The notes under the pieces were generated by a model, which did not search any database, was not told where the DNA came from, and was given only the letters and a program-made list of their open reading frames with translations. From assembly GCA_030390025.1 (NCBI GenBank), contig CM059431.1, positions 124,498,001 to 124,562,000 on the forward strand: a stretch of 64,000 nt of DNA. Direction: 5' to 3'. The stretch is from Squalus acanthias. Lineage: Eukaryota. Each line of letters starts with the position of its first letter. The first letter of the stretch is position 1. Position numbers and translations under genes: made by a program. Below, in pieces: positions 25,553 to 38,222 of this stretch.

Positions 25553-26837
25553 CTCTCAATTTTAGCATATATAGAACAGTGATGTATGGAAAAAAACAAA
25601 ACCACATACAGAGATGCTGGCCCAGCTGCAATGGATGGAAGGTGCTCTCTGCACATGCAAATTGAAAGCTCTGGCTTAGCCTCACAGATCACCTCCAATT
25701 ATGTTGGAAATAATACTTCTAACTGAGCTACTGCATGCTTTGTGCACTTCAGTGCACAGAAACTTGCTCTCACAGCCAACAATATGGAACTCCGTGAAGA
25801 CCAATCAGGAAACACGCACTATGCTGCACTCCCAAATCGACTACGCCATCACCTTGAATTACTGCTGGTGCAAACCTTTACAGTGACAGTAATTCCGAGG
25901 CTTTTTTCTCCTATACAACCAAAGCATGCACCTGTTTTTTCAGTTGACCAGAGTGGGCACCAAGGAAAATAATGAAGGGTAAATTTAACTGGCTGATGCA
26001 GTCTTTTAATGATACCTGATAGAATATGTGCCAGTTAATAAATGTTGTTTATTCTCATTTTAACACTTTTCTGAGATTATTTTCCGTAAAATACTTCAAA
26101 TCTTTTTTCCTGGGTTATTTCCAAGGAGGTTTTATCATTGAGGACTGTGCAGTCATAAAGAATCAGTTTAAAATTAGATTGGTTCATGTTGATAGAATTT
26201 TCTAAGGGCTATGGGAAGGAGATTGAACTAATTCTTGTTTTTGGTGGTGAGAATGAAGTATTAACAAGAGACATGTCTATAAAAAGATTGATCGTCTGGA
26301 GAATATTTTAATTGTTGAAATGACCCAGATATATAATTCTGAAAGAATGGTGAAGTCTCATTGTGGGGAATTTTAACGTGGGTGAGCGCATGGGTTTGGG
26401 TGCGGGTGGGGGGTTAAGTCCTGGAAAATGTGAGTGCGTCGGGAAGCCGGCTCAAACCCGCCGACTTCCACATTTAACTCCAGTGCGTCCATGCATCCCC
26501 GAGAGAGAGAGAGGCGGGTTATCAATTTCAATATGTTAATCGCTCAATACAGTGATATTAATATGGCTTTTGCAATTTAACTGTGGGTCCACAGGATTCC
26601 CGGGCTTCCTGGAACTCGCCAGTGAAAGTAAGGCGAGAACACAGCGGCAATTGAGGGCGCTGAAGAATGCCAATAAGTACTGACACCTCACAGCTGCTTT
26701 CTTGCATGCTTGTGTGAAAGGATTTGTTCACAGTACTTGTGGTGAGAGGTTAATTTTACAACTTTGGAGGTGTCATCTGCACGTTGGAGGATTGTACGTC
26801 TGATCTGCAGTTTGGAGCTCTGATCTAACAGATCAGC

Positions 26838-28024
26838 ATGGGTGCTGCTTATGCTGTGTTACTTTGGACCTCAGATGAGGAGCAGGAGCAGCACCAGTAG
26901 CAGTAGCAGCAACGGCCTGCTGCTCACAGTCCTGCAGCTGCACAGGAGAGAGGGGATGAGCAGAGAGGTGCAGCTGGCAGGAGGCCATACCCGGCACACA
27001 GAGTCTACAGACAGAGGATAAGCTTCCTCGACATGTCGGAACACCAGTGACTCAGAAGGCACAGAGTGCTGCATCAGGTGGAGGCAGACTTTTGCAGGCT
27101 GCTGGAACAAGACCTGCTGCCAGATAGACCTGGTGGTCAGCTTTACTAGTGGCTGTCAAAGTCACCACCACCCTCAACTTCTTTGCCTCTGGATCCTTCC
27201 AGGGCTCTGCTGAAGACATTTGCAGGATCTTGCAGTCGGCGGCCCACAAATGCATAAGACAGATGACTGATGCCTTGTTTGCCTGGGCTGACAATGATGT
27301 ACACATTTACTGCAATGACGCCAGTCAGAATGAGTGGGTGGTCGGGTTTGCGGCTCTGGCTGGCCTCCCACAGGTGCAGGGTGTCATCAACTGCATGCAT
27401 GTGGCAATTAAGGCACCCTCAGATCACCCAGGAGTACGCATCAACCAGAGGGGCTTCCTCTCCATCAATGTGCAACTGTGTGCAATCACAAAAAGCTATT
27501 TATGCAGGTGTGCACAAGATTCCCAGGCAGCTGCCATGATGCTTTTGTCCTGCGATAGTCCACCCTCCCTGGTCTCTTCGCACCTCGAAGCAGACTTACC
27601 AGCTGGCTGCTCAGAGATACCCAATTAAAATGTAACTGATGACACCCATGAGAAACCCAACCAATAGGACTCAGGAGCGATACAATGAAAGCCATATGAT
27701 GACCAGTTGTGTCATTGAGCAAGCCATCGGCATGCTGAAAATGCACTTCAGGTGCCTGGACAGATCTGGAGGCACCCTTCAGTACGCACAAACCAGGGTC
27801 ACCAGAATGGTCGTGGTGTGCTGCGCTCTGCACAACATTGCACAGCAGCAAGGTTTGGGCCTGCTGGAGGAATAAGGCGCAGAGCACAGAGCCTCTTCAG
27901 ATGATTTCGAGGAGGAGGTAAAAGAGGAGGAGGAGGTGGAACATGATGAGGCCAATGCACCAACAGCAGAGCTCATTGCTGCCCAGGATGCCAGGATGCC
28001 CTCATTATTGTGAGGTTCACTTAG
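26838..28024 (+). pseudogene. Harbinger DDE transposase (HARBI1-like), frameshifted
   Basis: VAVKVTTTLNFFASGSFQ, PQVQGVINCMHVAI, YNESH..VIEQAIGMLKMHFRCLD, VVVCCALHN, acidic tail. Confidence 0.9.
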
Positions 28025-28349
28025 GTTCTACCAGACTACCCATTTGACAACAACATGAAAAAGCCACTTTCCCCACCCCCACCTCAGCTCCCCCCCCCCA
28101 CCTCTCCCAATGACACTAACACAAAGCAGTCCTGCAAATATCCAAGCCTCCCTTTCACAGCCCCCCCATTGCTAGGTGTCAATTCATGCCTTACCATTCA
28201 TGGCAAGTGAAAAGGGCACTTGCCAGCCAGCAACCAAAAATGGGCAAGATGGGAAAGTAGTGGAAACAAACAATATATTTATGTGGCTCAAAAATAAAAC
28301 AGAAACTTACCAATCTAACATTGTGCAACAACCCATGTGCATACCCTTG

Positions 28350-30567
28350 TGCAACTACAAATATTTACTCTTCCTTTTCCGAGCACTTCTAGGTGGTGCA
28401 ACCCCTGTGGCTTCAGCAGAGGTGGAGGAAGGCTGCTTAGATCACTACTCTGGCTGCTGAGATGCTCTTGGCTGATGTCCTCTGTGTTTTGAAGCCCGTA
28501 AAGGGCCCCACCAAAGACTGCTCCACCTGCCCCTTTGCAGGGACAGACTCGGCCATCGGGGCACGAGGCAGCATGTGGGCCACTGACTGGGGATGGGGGG
28601 GGAGGGGTCAATGGGTAAGAATTGGAAGTGCTTTGAGCTGATTCCCCACTTCCATGTCCTCTTTCATCATTATCCCTCTCATGGCCCACCCGCATTTCCC
28701 TGCTAGCAATGAGCTGGCGAATACTTAGCTGCAGATCAGTGGGGCGATGAACAGCCAAGCTGAGGGTGTCATTTATCCTATTTAAGGTGGCATTCATAGT
28801 GTGCAAGCCATCTGTGAAGGCCTGCATGCATTTGTTTGATTGGGCGTTTGATGCTCCATGCAGGTGGCCACTCTTTCCATGGACGAATACATCATTGCAA
28901 AGGCCTGTGACATCATGCCACTCATGCTTGAGACGGTCTCCTCCAAACTCTCTGCAAGCATTCACAGTGCAGCTGGAACGCCTGCCAGTACATCGCACAT
29001 TCTCTGCTGCTGCTCCAGAAGTATCCTGTTTATCGACAGCCCCTGAGGTACAGCATCTGGTGAGCAGCGATCGGAGCATCCTGTGGCCTTCGACGCAGAC
29101 GCTCCACTGTTTTTTTTTATTTATTCGTTCACGGGATGTGGGCGTTGTTGGCAAGGCAGGCATTTATTGCCCATCCCTAATTGCCCTAGAGAAGGAGGTG
29201 GTGAGCCGTCTTATACAACTGAGTGGCTTGCTAGGCCATTTCAGAGGGCAGTTAAGAGTCAACCACATTACTGTGGGTCTGGAGTCACATATAGGCCAGA
29301 CCGGGTAAGGACGGCTGATTTCCTTCCCTAAAGGGCATTAGTGAACCAGATGGGTTTTTACGACAATCCGGTAGTTTCATTCCAGATTTATTTATTAACT
29401 GAATTTAAATTCCCCAGCTGCCATTAATCCAAGCCTCTGGATTACTAGTCCAGTGACATAACCACTATGCTACCAACCGTCTCTGACGCATACTCTCCAC
29501 TGTTGTCCGTGACTCCACCATCTGCTCCTGCTCACTTGTGATGTGTGAGTCACCAGGTGAAAACCTAACTATCTGTCTCACCAAAGTGTGAGTATCTGAG
29601 CTGCTGCATGGTCTGTCATGGGTCCTGTGATGGTGCACCCTCAGAGGGAGTGAGCTCCTCTGAGGAGTGGTCATCATCGTCGTCCTCCTGGACCACCTCC
29701 TGTGGGATGCTTGAAGGCCCAGTGAGGGAGATTAAAGACATGAGTTAGAACTGTCAAGGTAAGACTGTTTTAAGTGATCATTATGCACATGATCATATTT
29801 CACTCGCTGCTGAGATCAAGTCAACATGAATGAGTGTTGTATGCCTTGTGGCTGTCTGATATTTAATTCTGTCGCCAGGTAGCTGGGAGGCCCCCATCTC
29901 CCCACCAGGCACGCCGAAACTCCATTGATCTCTAGCATCCACATCTCTGCAGCTGTCTGTTTCGAGATGGCTGGAGGGCCGCCTCCAGTTCACTGCCTCT
30001 CCCTTGTGTTCTGTTCTCTCTTCTCCTGTAGGAGAGAAAGAAGAGACCTATGAGTTGCAGCAATGGCATGTGTTAAACAAGAGGATGGAGAGAATTTGTT
30101 GAGGGTGACTATAAGGAGAGGCATAACATTGGATAAAGATGAGTGTGAGTGTCAGTGGTAGATGGACAGATGGAGATGTGAGGAAGTGCATAGACAGAGA
30201 GGGATGGGTGAACCTGCAAGGTAAGTTGGTGTGAGGAGTGATGTGCTGGAGTAGGCTTGGGAAGGCAGAGTGAGGGGGTTGGGTTGATACGTACATCAGG
30301 ATGTAGGTGAATGTGCCACTGTACTCACCTTTCCTACCCTGTTTAGGTCATTAAACCACTTTCTGCATTGAATCCACGAGCACGGCACCACGTTCTCATG
30401 CTGACCTAATGGGAAACCTCCAATCACGCCTTCTTCGTTTCACCCGCAGGCTTCTTCCTTCCATCAGTAGAGAACAATATCTCGCTGCGGGGCCTTACAG
30501 CCCCCAGCAGCTCATCTCGGGAGACGTCACTAAAACAAGGTGGAGCCTTTGAACGTCTGGACTCCAT
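28350..30567 (-). pseudogene. Myb/SANT-like DNA-binding partner gene of Harbinger A (spliced, decayed; 3' end approximate)
   Basis: Exon 1 MESRRSKAPPCFSDVSRDELLGAVRPRSEILF ending at GTGAGT donor (30328); exon 2 acceptor at 30026. Confidence 0.75.
29110..29484 (-). mobile_element. tRNA-headed SINE sharing its 3' tail with the LINE at 5508
   Basis: Head GGTAGCATAGTGG; tail GGGCAATAAATGC..GCCCACATCCC(A)n; about 19-bp imperfect TSD GACGCA.AC.CTCCACTGT. Confidence 0.85.
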
Positions 30568-32063
30568 TCTGTCAATTCCTTCTATTGTACTTCCAGCTCC
30601 AAACTCCATTAAATTGCATGTTTGGAGTGTGCTTTTAAATACTGGAGTTGAAATCGACTCTTGCGGGTCATCATCATGCCCGCTCATGCTAATTGGTCGG
30701 GAAACCCGGAAATGATATAGTAATGCAATGGCTGGGTTAAAACGCCACTGACAGACGTGCTGCACTTACTTCCAGGTTTCCCGCGCGATACCAGACCCGC
30801 TCGCTCCCAACGCGTTGCAAAGTTAAAATCCAGCCCATTGACTCTTCATTAGGCACATTGGTAAAGTTAACATTGTGTAGTATGTTGCAAAGTTCTCAAA
30901 TCACATTAATGAAAAATAAATAAGTTTAAAATATTTCCAAATACTATTCCAGAAATGAGATCTATCTTGTTGAGCACATTGTAGGATTATTTGGGGAAAA
31001 GCTTTATTGATGTTAGCAAAAGTGTAGACTTGGGACCTGTAGGATGTCAAATTTACTATTCCAGTTCAAGCTGATCGACAGCTTGTTGGTAGCACTTTCC
31101 AGTAAAAAATGTGTTGCACATTAACTAGTAATGTTCACAATACTGAGCTCGCGCTGTCATTCATCTGACAGCATTGAGCCAATCCATTCAACTTTTTGAC
31201 ACCTAATGGGAAAATTGATTTATGTAGTCCATCAATTAAAAGAATTGAGTAAGCAAATCAATATTTAGAATTAAAAAATGAAGAGAAAGGGAGAACACAA
31301 AAAATCAACATAAGTCGTCCCTTAAGTCTTACATTCCATTTAATGCAAGGAGTTCATGGATTTCTTTTTGTCAAAAATCAAGGCCATTAACTCAGGTGCC
31401 TTTGGCTTCTATGACCCTTGCATTCTCCTTTTGACTCTCAGTCCTTCCTTCTGCTCACCTTATGACCATACATGTAACACTTATACACTTTAGCTTTCAA
31501 AATTTTCAGCCTTGGCTCAGTGATAGTACCCCTGCCTCAAGAATCAGAAGGCCATTTGTTCAAGCCCCATTCAAGACAATTGAGCATATGATCTAGGCTG
31601 ACACTTCAGTGCAGTACTGAGGGTATGCTACACTGTCAGTGATGCTGTCTTTTGGATATGATGTTCCTTACTTAGAAACTCATAATAGATCCCTGAAACT
31701 ATTTGAAAAAGCGCAGGGGAGTTTTCCGTGACCCGGCAAATATTTATCCCTCAGCCAACACTACTTAAATAGATTGGGCTAAAAATGTTATTGCCCCGAA
31801 AACCCACGCCCGTTCAAAGTAAAGCATACAGCACGCCAACTTCATGCTGCCTGCTAATTAGAATGATTGTGGCATGCAACCCAGTGCTGCTGAGTGGCTG
31901 CACACTCAGCAGGGGGCCCAAGATCGTGCGAGGCTCGCACCAATTAAAGCTAGCCTGCACTTCTTAAAGGCAGCCAGCACCTCTTAAAGGGGAGGTGCAT
32001 TCTGACTACAGCAGGTGATTCACCTGGCTGGGAACAGAGTTTGAGCAGGAAGAAGAAATACTA

Positions 32064-33990
32064 ATGGGGCAACAGGGGAGGGATGGTTCCCCAAGACTCT
32101 CAAATGTAGCAATGAAGGCCTTGGTGCAGGAGGTGGACAGTAGGAGAGAGGTCCTATTTCCACAGAGGGCAAGGAGGCCCTCCTGGTAAATTCAGAAAAA
32201 GTAATGGGAGCATATTACCTTTGTGGTCATTGCAGTGTAGCCCCAAGGACACGGACGCAGTGCCGCAAGAATTCTAATGACCTCACACGAGTGGTCATGG
32301 TCAGTGAATTCATCTTCAAATGCCATAGCCTTGCAAATAAACCACTAGCCTCAGACACTGCTCAATGCACCATACCCCCATCACACACCTACCAACAATC
32401 TCTACCAAACACGACTCATTCATAGCTTCACCACACCCTCGCACACTTAGCACTGCTACAAGCCTCACACCCACATCTCACAGCTTGCACACACTGCCAG
32501 CTATTTAACTATGACAGGCGCATCACCCAAATACATTGCACCACACTCACTGACACACTTCCCTCTCTCTTGCAGAACAAGGTGGCTCATAACCGGAGGC
32601 AGCAGGACCTAACCAGCGGAGGACAGGCGTGCCTGCATGAACTGACTCCCATGGAGGAGACTGTGCTGGAGATAATTGGAGCGGCCATCACCAAGCCCGT
32701 GGCCAGCGGCAGGGCTGAAAGAATACAAGATGCTGGTATCCTCATACCTAATCCTCCTGCTCACATGCCACTTCCCCCTCATCGCACAATCACTTCTGAT
32801 TTACAAGCTGCACATGGTGCAAACATGCACCTCCTGCTTTACTCCCCTCTCCTCACCGCAACCTTACCCTTGTGCCTTTCTCCTTTCAGATAGCAAAGAA
32901 CTGCAACCTGACCAGGCAGTAGTGGAAGAGCAAGAGGTGGAAGAGGAAGAAGGAAGTGATGTAGAAGACGCACCATCAATCGATTTCACACTCACAGACA
33001 CCAGCTCAGATATTGACACACTGCATACTTTAGAGGATTGGTTACAGGTGGGATCTGCACATGGTGAGACACCTGGCATGAGTGGCCTGCAGCCAAGGCA
33101 GGGAGAATGGGTTGCGCAGGTGCCTGCTCCCCGGAGGGCGAGGTCACACACAAGTTCTACTGCACAGGACTCAGATGAGGACTTTGCTAGGCCGGCCTGC
33201 AGAAGAAGACTGATGGGTATGCACAATGAAATGCTTGGTGCATTGGCAGGCCTGCCAGAAAGCCTGAGTGTAATGTCAAGGAGCATGGAGGAGTCCAGCA
33301 TCAACCTTGCACAGGGCTTTACACAGAACTTGGAGCCCATCCTTTCCAGCATGGAAGTGATTGGCAACTCCATTAGTGTACTTGTGGACTCAGCCCATGA
33401 TGCAGTGTCTGATAGCTGATGTCTCAGCGACCATTGCAGCACAAGCAGAAGCCAGCCACCCAACATCTGAGTGCTGCAATGGAAGCTCAGACTGAAGTCA
33501 CATAAACTCAGCTTGTTGCCATGCAAGCACAGACTGCTGCCATCATGGCTTCAGTTACCAGTGTTGAAAGGGGCTTGCAGGGTGTCACAGCAGTCCAGCA
33601 ATCTGTCCTCCAACAATTTATTAGGATTGTTGAGGCGCCGCTCCAGGGGTGTGGCAGTGGTTCTGTGGAGCATGAACCTGTTTTCCCATCTCAGGATGAC
33701 AGCATTCATGCACCCACCACTGCCACTCCAACAGTGCCCTTGCTATTGCCTGTAAACCAGCCAGCCCAGACTGCTGCCGCCCATGCCGAGGTGATGCAGG
33801 CTAATGCCGGGCCTTCTCGGCCCAGAGCAGCTCGAGGTCATCTTACAAGGCCATCTGCAGTCTCCCCACTGAAATTCAGCAGTTTTCCACCAGCCATGCT
33901 GCAGCCACTGGGGTAGCACTGCATAGGTGCACTGGGACAGGCAAAGGCTCACAGAAGATAGGTACTAAGGGAATGCACAAGGGTGATTAG
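32064..33990 (+). pseudogene. Myb/SANT-like partner gene of Harbinger B; exons 32064-32299, 32576-32735, 32890-33990
   Basis: PRLSNVAMKALVQEVDSRREVLFP..PRTRTQCRKNSNDLTRVV; GT-AG boundaries; stops and frameshifts. Confidence 0.8.
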
Positions 33991-34985
33991 TTGAATTTGT
34001 TATGTAATATTGCTGGATTGATGTAAAATGTTGGTTTGCATTGTTTGTTTTGTGGTGGCTTTTATAGTAACATTGTAGCCAAGAGGATGCTGTGATGATC
34101 CGTAACAGAGGGAAGGTAAGGATTGGGAAAATGGGGTTGCATTCACTGGTACCACAGTTGGATCAGTTGATCACGGGCAGCCTGTCAGAAAGGGGCTGTC
34201 TTGGTTGGCTCCTCCCTTCCTCTTCCTCCTCCTCTTCCTCCTCCATCTCCTCTTCCTTCTCCTTCTCCTCCTCCTCTTCCACCTCAGCTCTTCACCGTAT
34301 ACCTGATGGCAAAGGCTGTGCCCTCATGATGGTGAAGCTGTGCAGCATACCATGACAAACCTGGAGACGCGCTCTGGCAATTACTGCAGAGCTCATCCAG
34401 AGCAGTCCATGCAGCAGAAGCATTTTTTAAGGACCCCAATGGTCTGCTCAATCAAATTCCATGTGGCACCATGGGGGAAAAATTCAGTTGGTTTGCGCCT
34501 CCCATTAGCGCCTTAAGAGGGCGCTCATGGGGCGCGAAGCAACTAGCGCCCGGGCGCAGCGATATCTGCGCCTCTCAAGAAATTGACCGGACATTTTGCG
34601 GCAGCACTAAACAATACCGCCCCAATCTCCTGTGCATGCAGATCTTGACGTCATTCGAGCGTGCAATGCCCTCGGGGCGCCCCGGAACGGAAATTGAGTG
34701 GCGCCCCCCTCCTTTCCGCCTGGCGTAACCAACGACAGGTAAACTGGAACGCTTCCCAGTCAGTGAGGGGCTGGGGGGGGTGCTATTTAAAGGGGGCCTC
34801 TTCCTGGCTTTTTCTGTGGTAGACATTTTTGCACCACTCATTCTGAGAGAGAGACAGAGATTTTGAGAGAGAGAAACAGAGACTTCTGCATTGAGTTAAT
34901 GCTGTGTGAAGTAGTTTTGGCTACTGAGCATAAATTTGCAGGTACTTTGGTTTTTGACCTTCATTACTTTGATTGCCAAGAGACT

Positions 34986-36094
34986 GTGGGGGCTGCACTG
35001 ATTGGGGGCGTCGTCCTGCGCCAGCAGAATTGGAGGCCACAGAGACGCAGAGAGAGAGTGGCAATCATGGCCAGACGGAGGAGGACCAACAGGCCTCTGT
35101 ACAGGAGACCTTACCCTCCCAGGGTATTTCGCCAACAATTCTCATACATTAATATGTCTGAGGAGCAGCGTTTGCGAAGGCTGCGCTTCAGCAAGGAGGT
35201 GGTCACTAAGCTCTGCCACCTGCTGCAGCCAGATCTGTTGCCTCAACTGAGGAGCAGGACGTCTCTGTCGGTGGCAGTGAAGATAACAGTGGCTCTCAAC
35301 TTTTATGCCACCGGCTCATTTCAATCAGCTACTGGGGACATCGTCAATATCTCCCAGTTCGCGGTCCATTGCTGCATTCGTCAGGTCACAAATGCCCTCA
35401 TGAACGCGCTATGGGCTTTGCGAGGATAGCGGGCTTCCCCATGGTGCAGGGCGTCATTGACCGCACGCATGTGGCTTTGCGTGCTCCGCATGAGAATGCA
35501 GAGGATTTCCGCAACCGAAAGGGGTTCCATTCCTTTAACGTGCAGTTGGTCTGTGACCACAGACAGCTGATACTCGCTGTCAATGCCTGATATCCTGGCA
35601 GCAGCCACGATGCATACATCCTGCGCCAGACTACTGTGACAGAACTTTTCCAGGCACCGCATCACCCAGGTGGTTGGCTTCTCGGGGACAAGGGATATCC
35701 ACTGTGCACCTGGCTGATGACACCGCTCCGTACGCCCAACACCCCTGCTGAGCTGCGGTACAACGAGAGCCATCTAGCTACCAGGAACATCGTTGAGCAC
35801 ACAATCAGCGTGCTCAAGCAATGGTTCCGCTGTCTGGACCATTCTGGAGGAGCCCTGCAGTACTCGCCTGAGCGAGTCTCCCTCTTCGTTGTTGTGTGCT
35901 GCATGCTGCATAACCTGGCAATCCTCAGGACCCAGCCAATGCCACCAGGCCTTGGAGCACCACCACAGGAAGAGGAGGAAGAGGAGGAAGAAGAGGAGGA
36001 GGATGATCATCAGCAGCACCAAGGCGGGAGGGAGGCCCACAATGTTGAAACTGCAAGGGCCGTCCGTCAACGGCTGATAGCAAGCCGCTTCTAG
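34986..36094 (+). pseudogene. Harbinger C DDE transposase, lightly disrupted
   Basis: [33 protein letters not shown]; deletion/frameshift near 35400 and a TGA near 35588. Confidence 0.92.
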
Positions 36095-36403
36095 GCCCCT
36101 GCTGAGGAAATGGCTTCTGCCATTGAGAACAACATGAATGAAACCAACCCGCAACCCCTAAGCCGGCCAAGGCAGCAATGATTGCAAAGACCAAACATGT
36201 ACATTTTGAATACAAAAACTTATTTATTTTACAAACTCTGTGTGTCATTTCCTCATGACAAACTAATAGAAAGAAACACAAAAAAACAGTCATTAACATA
36301 ACTGGTTCTCACAACCTGGAGATAATGTCCAAAACACTAAACAAAAGTTTGACCACGAACCTCGGCCTTTAATAAAAAATTGACCAACATTTTGTCACAC
36401 CTC

Positions 36404-38222
36404 CTACTTTTTGCCCTTCGAGGGTGATCTCCTTCCCTTGCGCACATCCCCCCTTCCCACCCTACTGCTCCTCTGTAATGGGACCCCAGTGGCTGCAGCA
36501 AGGCTGCTGGAAGGCTGCTGATTGTCAGAACCTGAGACTGCAGATGCCCTTGAAGGACGGCCTGGACCAGATCTGGGCCTGGAGGGCCTGTCTGTAGACT
36601 GCACCAACTCTGCATGGGCGGCAGCAGTCTGTCCTACAGGTGGTGGCAAGTACAGTGGAGAAGTGACAGTGGTGGAAGCAGGAATGCTGTCATCTTGAGA
36701 GAGGACAGCAACTCCCTGCTCGACCGACAAACTGGCACTCCCACGGGGCAGCACTTCAGCATCCGGAGCAATCTGCTGGAGCACAGATTGCTGGCCGGCT
36801 GCGGCGCAGTGAGAGCCCCGGGGAAATGTGTCCGAACCAGTGAGGATGGCAGCAGTCAGTGCTCACGTGGCCTCCATCTGAGTCAGCATGAGAGCAGTCA
36901 GAGATGGGGTCATGGCAGTCAGTGACTGAATTGCAGCACTAAACATTTGCGTGGCATCCGCCTGTGCTACAGCGAAGTGCTCCACACTCCTTGCCAGTGA
37001 TTCAGTGCATTCCGGCACCCTTCCCACTGCACCCATGAGCTCAGTGTGCATGTCCACCGCCTGGGTGTTCATTTCAGCGATCAGCCGCTCCTCCTCTGCG
37101 TCCAGTGCAGTAGGACTCGCTGGCATACTCTCCCTCCGGGAAGAAGGCCCCCGAGCTTCCCTACCCCATCGCGTTGCTGCAGCCCGCTGGGTGCTGGAGC
37201 TTCACCCTCATCAGACCCTTCCCCCCTGCTCCCCTCCAGGGAAGGTGTGTTCCCAGTGTGGGCATGGGCTTCCTCGGGAGAGGGTGGCGCTGATGCTCCG
37301 GCTTCATCTTCCTCCTCGCCTGCAGCTTCACTCCCACTGGCAGCTTGAGGGCCCGTCTCCTCAGCTGGTGAATCACCATCTGAAAGCAGGGAGGTTCAAG
37401 AGTGGCTTTAGCGTGAGGACAGGGTGGCAGTAAGGGAGGAATGAGTGCAGCAATTTAGTAAGTTGGATTGAAAGTGTCAAAGGCTGGTGTTGTGAGGGAC
37501 AAGTGGAAGGAGAGAGGACAAAAAGGTGATGACCTTACCATTGCTGTCCAGAATGGGGTCGGCCTCTCCAGTGGCGACGGGACCGATCACCCGGCTTGCC
37601 ACAATCCTCTGGACGCGCTCCTCAAGATCGCTGAGGGGTTGCAGCTGAGGCCGCCCTCCACCCGTCCGTTGCTGCTGTCTCCTATTATGAGACAGCTTGG
37701 CCTGCAAGAAAAAGGACGGCGTCTGAGTAAATATACAGCCATGGTCTTGCCTGATGTGCCTCCCATAGGTGAATAGCCCTTACTCTATGCAGCCATGGTC
37801 TTGCCTGATGTGCCTCCCATAGGTGAATAGCCCTTACTGTATGCAAAGTGTGGAATGTGCGTGTGTGTTTCATGAGAGGGCCATAGGTGTTGAATGAGTT
37901 TTGGGCATTGGGGTTTTAAGACCCGCTGGCCATAGAGTGAGGTTGAGATGGAGGGATGGAGAGGTATTGAAAAAAAGCCATTCACCCTGACGATCCGAGT
38001 GAGGTCGTTGAACTTTTTTCAAAATTGAGTATGGGTCCTGGGCACCATGCTTCTGGAGGAGACGCTCTGTGCCATCTCCCTCCACACTCTGCTGTAATCG
38101 CACGGCAAAGGCCTCCTGCCACTCTCTGGGTACAGTATTGATCTTCTGCGCTCCACCGCGCCAACCGGGGCCTCCAAGGCCTGCTCGCTGAAGCGCTGTG
38201 CTCGCTCCCTGGCCCTCTCCAT
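36404..38222 (-). pseudogene. Myb/SANT-like partner gene of Harbinger C; exons 38222-37986, 37701-37539, 37379-36404
   Basis: MERARERAQRFSEQALEA..VWREMAQSVS..PRTHTQF*KKFNDL; GT-AG sites; basic C-terminus VRKGRRSPSKGKK. Confidence 0.85.
37736..37838. repeat. About 54-bp tandem duplication in Myb intron 1
   Basis: CAGCCATGGTCTTGCCTGATGTGCCTCCCATAGGTGAATAGCCCTTACT occurs twice. Confidence 0.9.

Larger units (their letters stand above)
26364..30836. mobile_element. Harbinger A: two-gene PIF/Harbinger transposon, decayed
   Basis: Imperfect TIR GTGGGGAATTTTAAC / GTTAAAATCCAGCCC; TSD ATT; convergent transposase and Myb/SANT genes. Confidence 0.85.

Noticed and set aside
28315..29308. Long overlapping ORFs (282 aa and 180 aa)
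   Set aside because: Out-of-frame or antisense readings across a Myb exon and a SINE tail.
34986..36094. Host HARBI1 gene
   Set aside because: It lies between TIRs with a TSD, is disrupted, and has several paralogous copies in the window, so it is a transposon gene.
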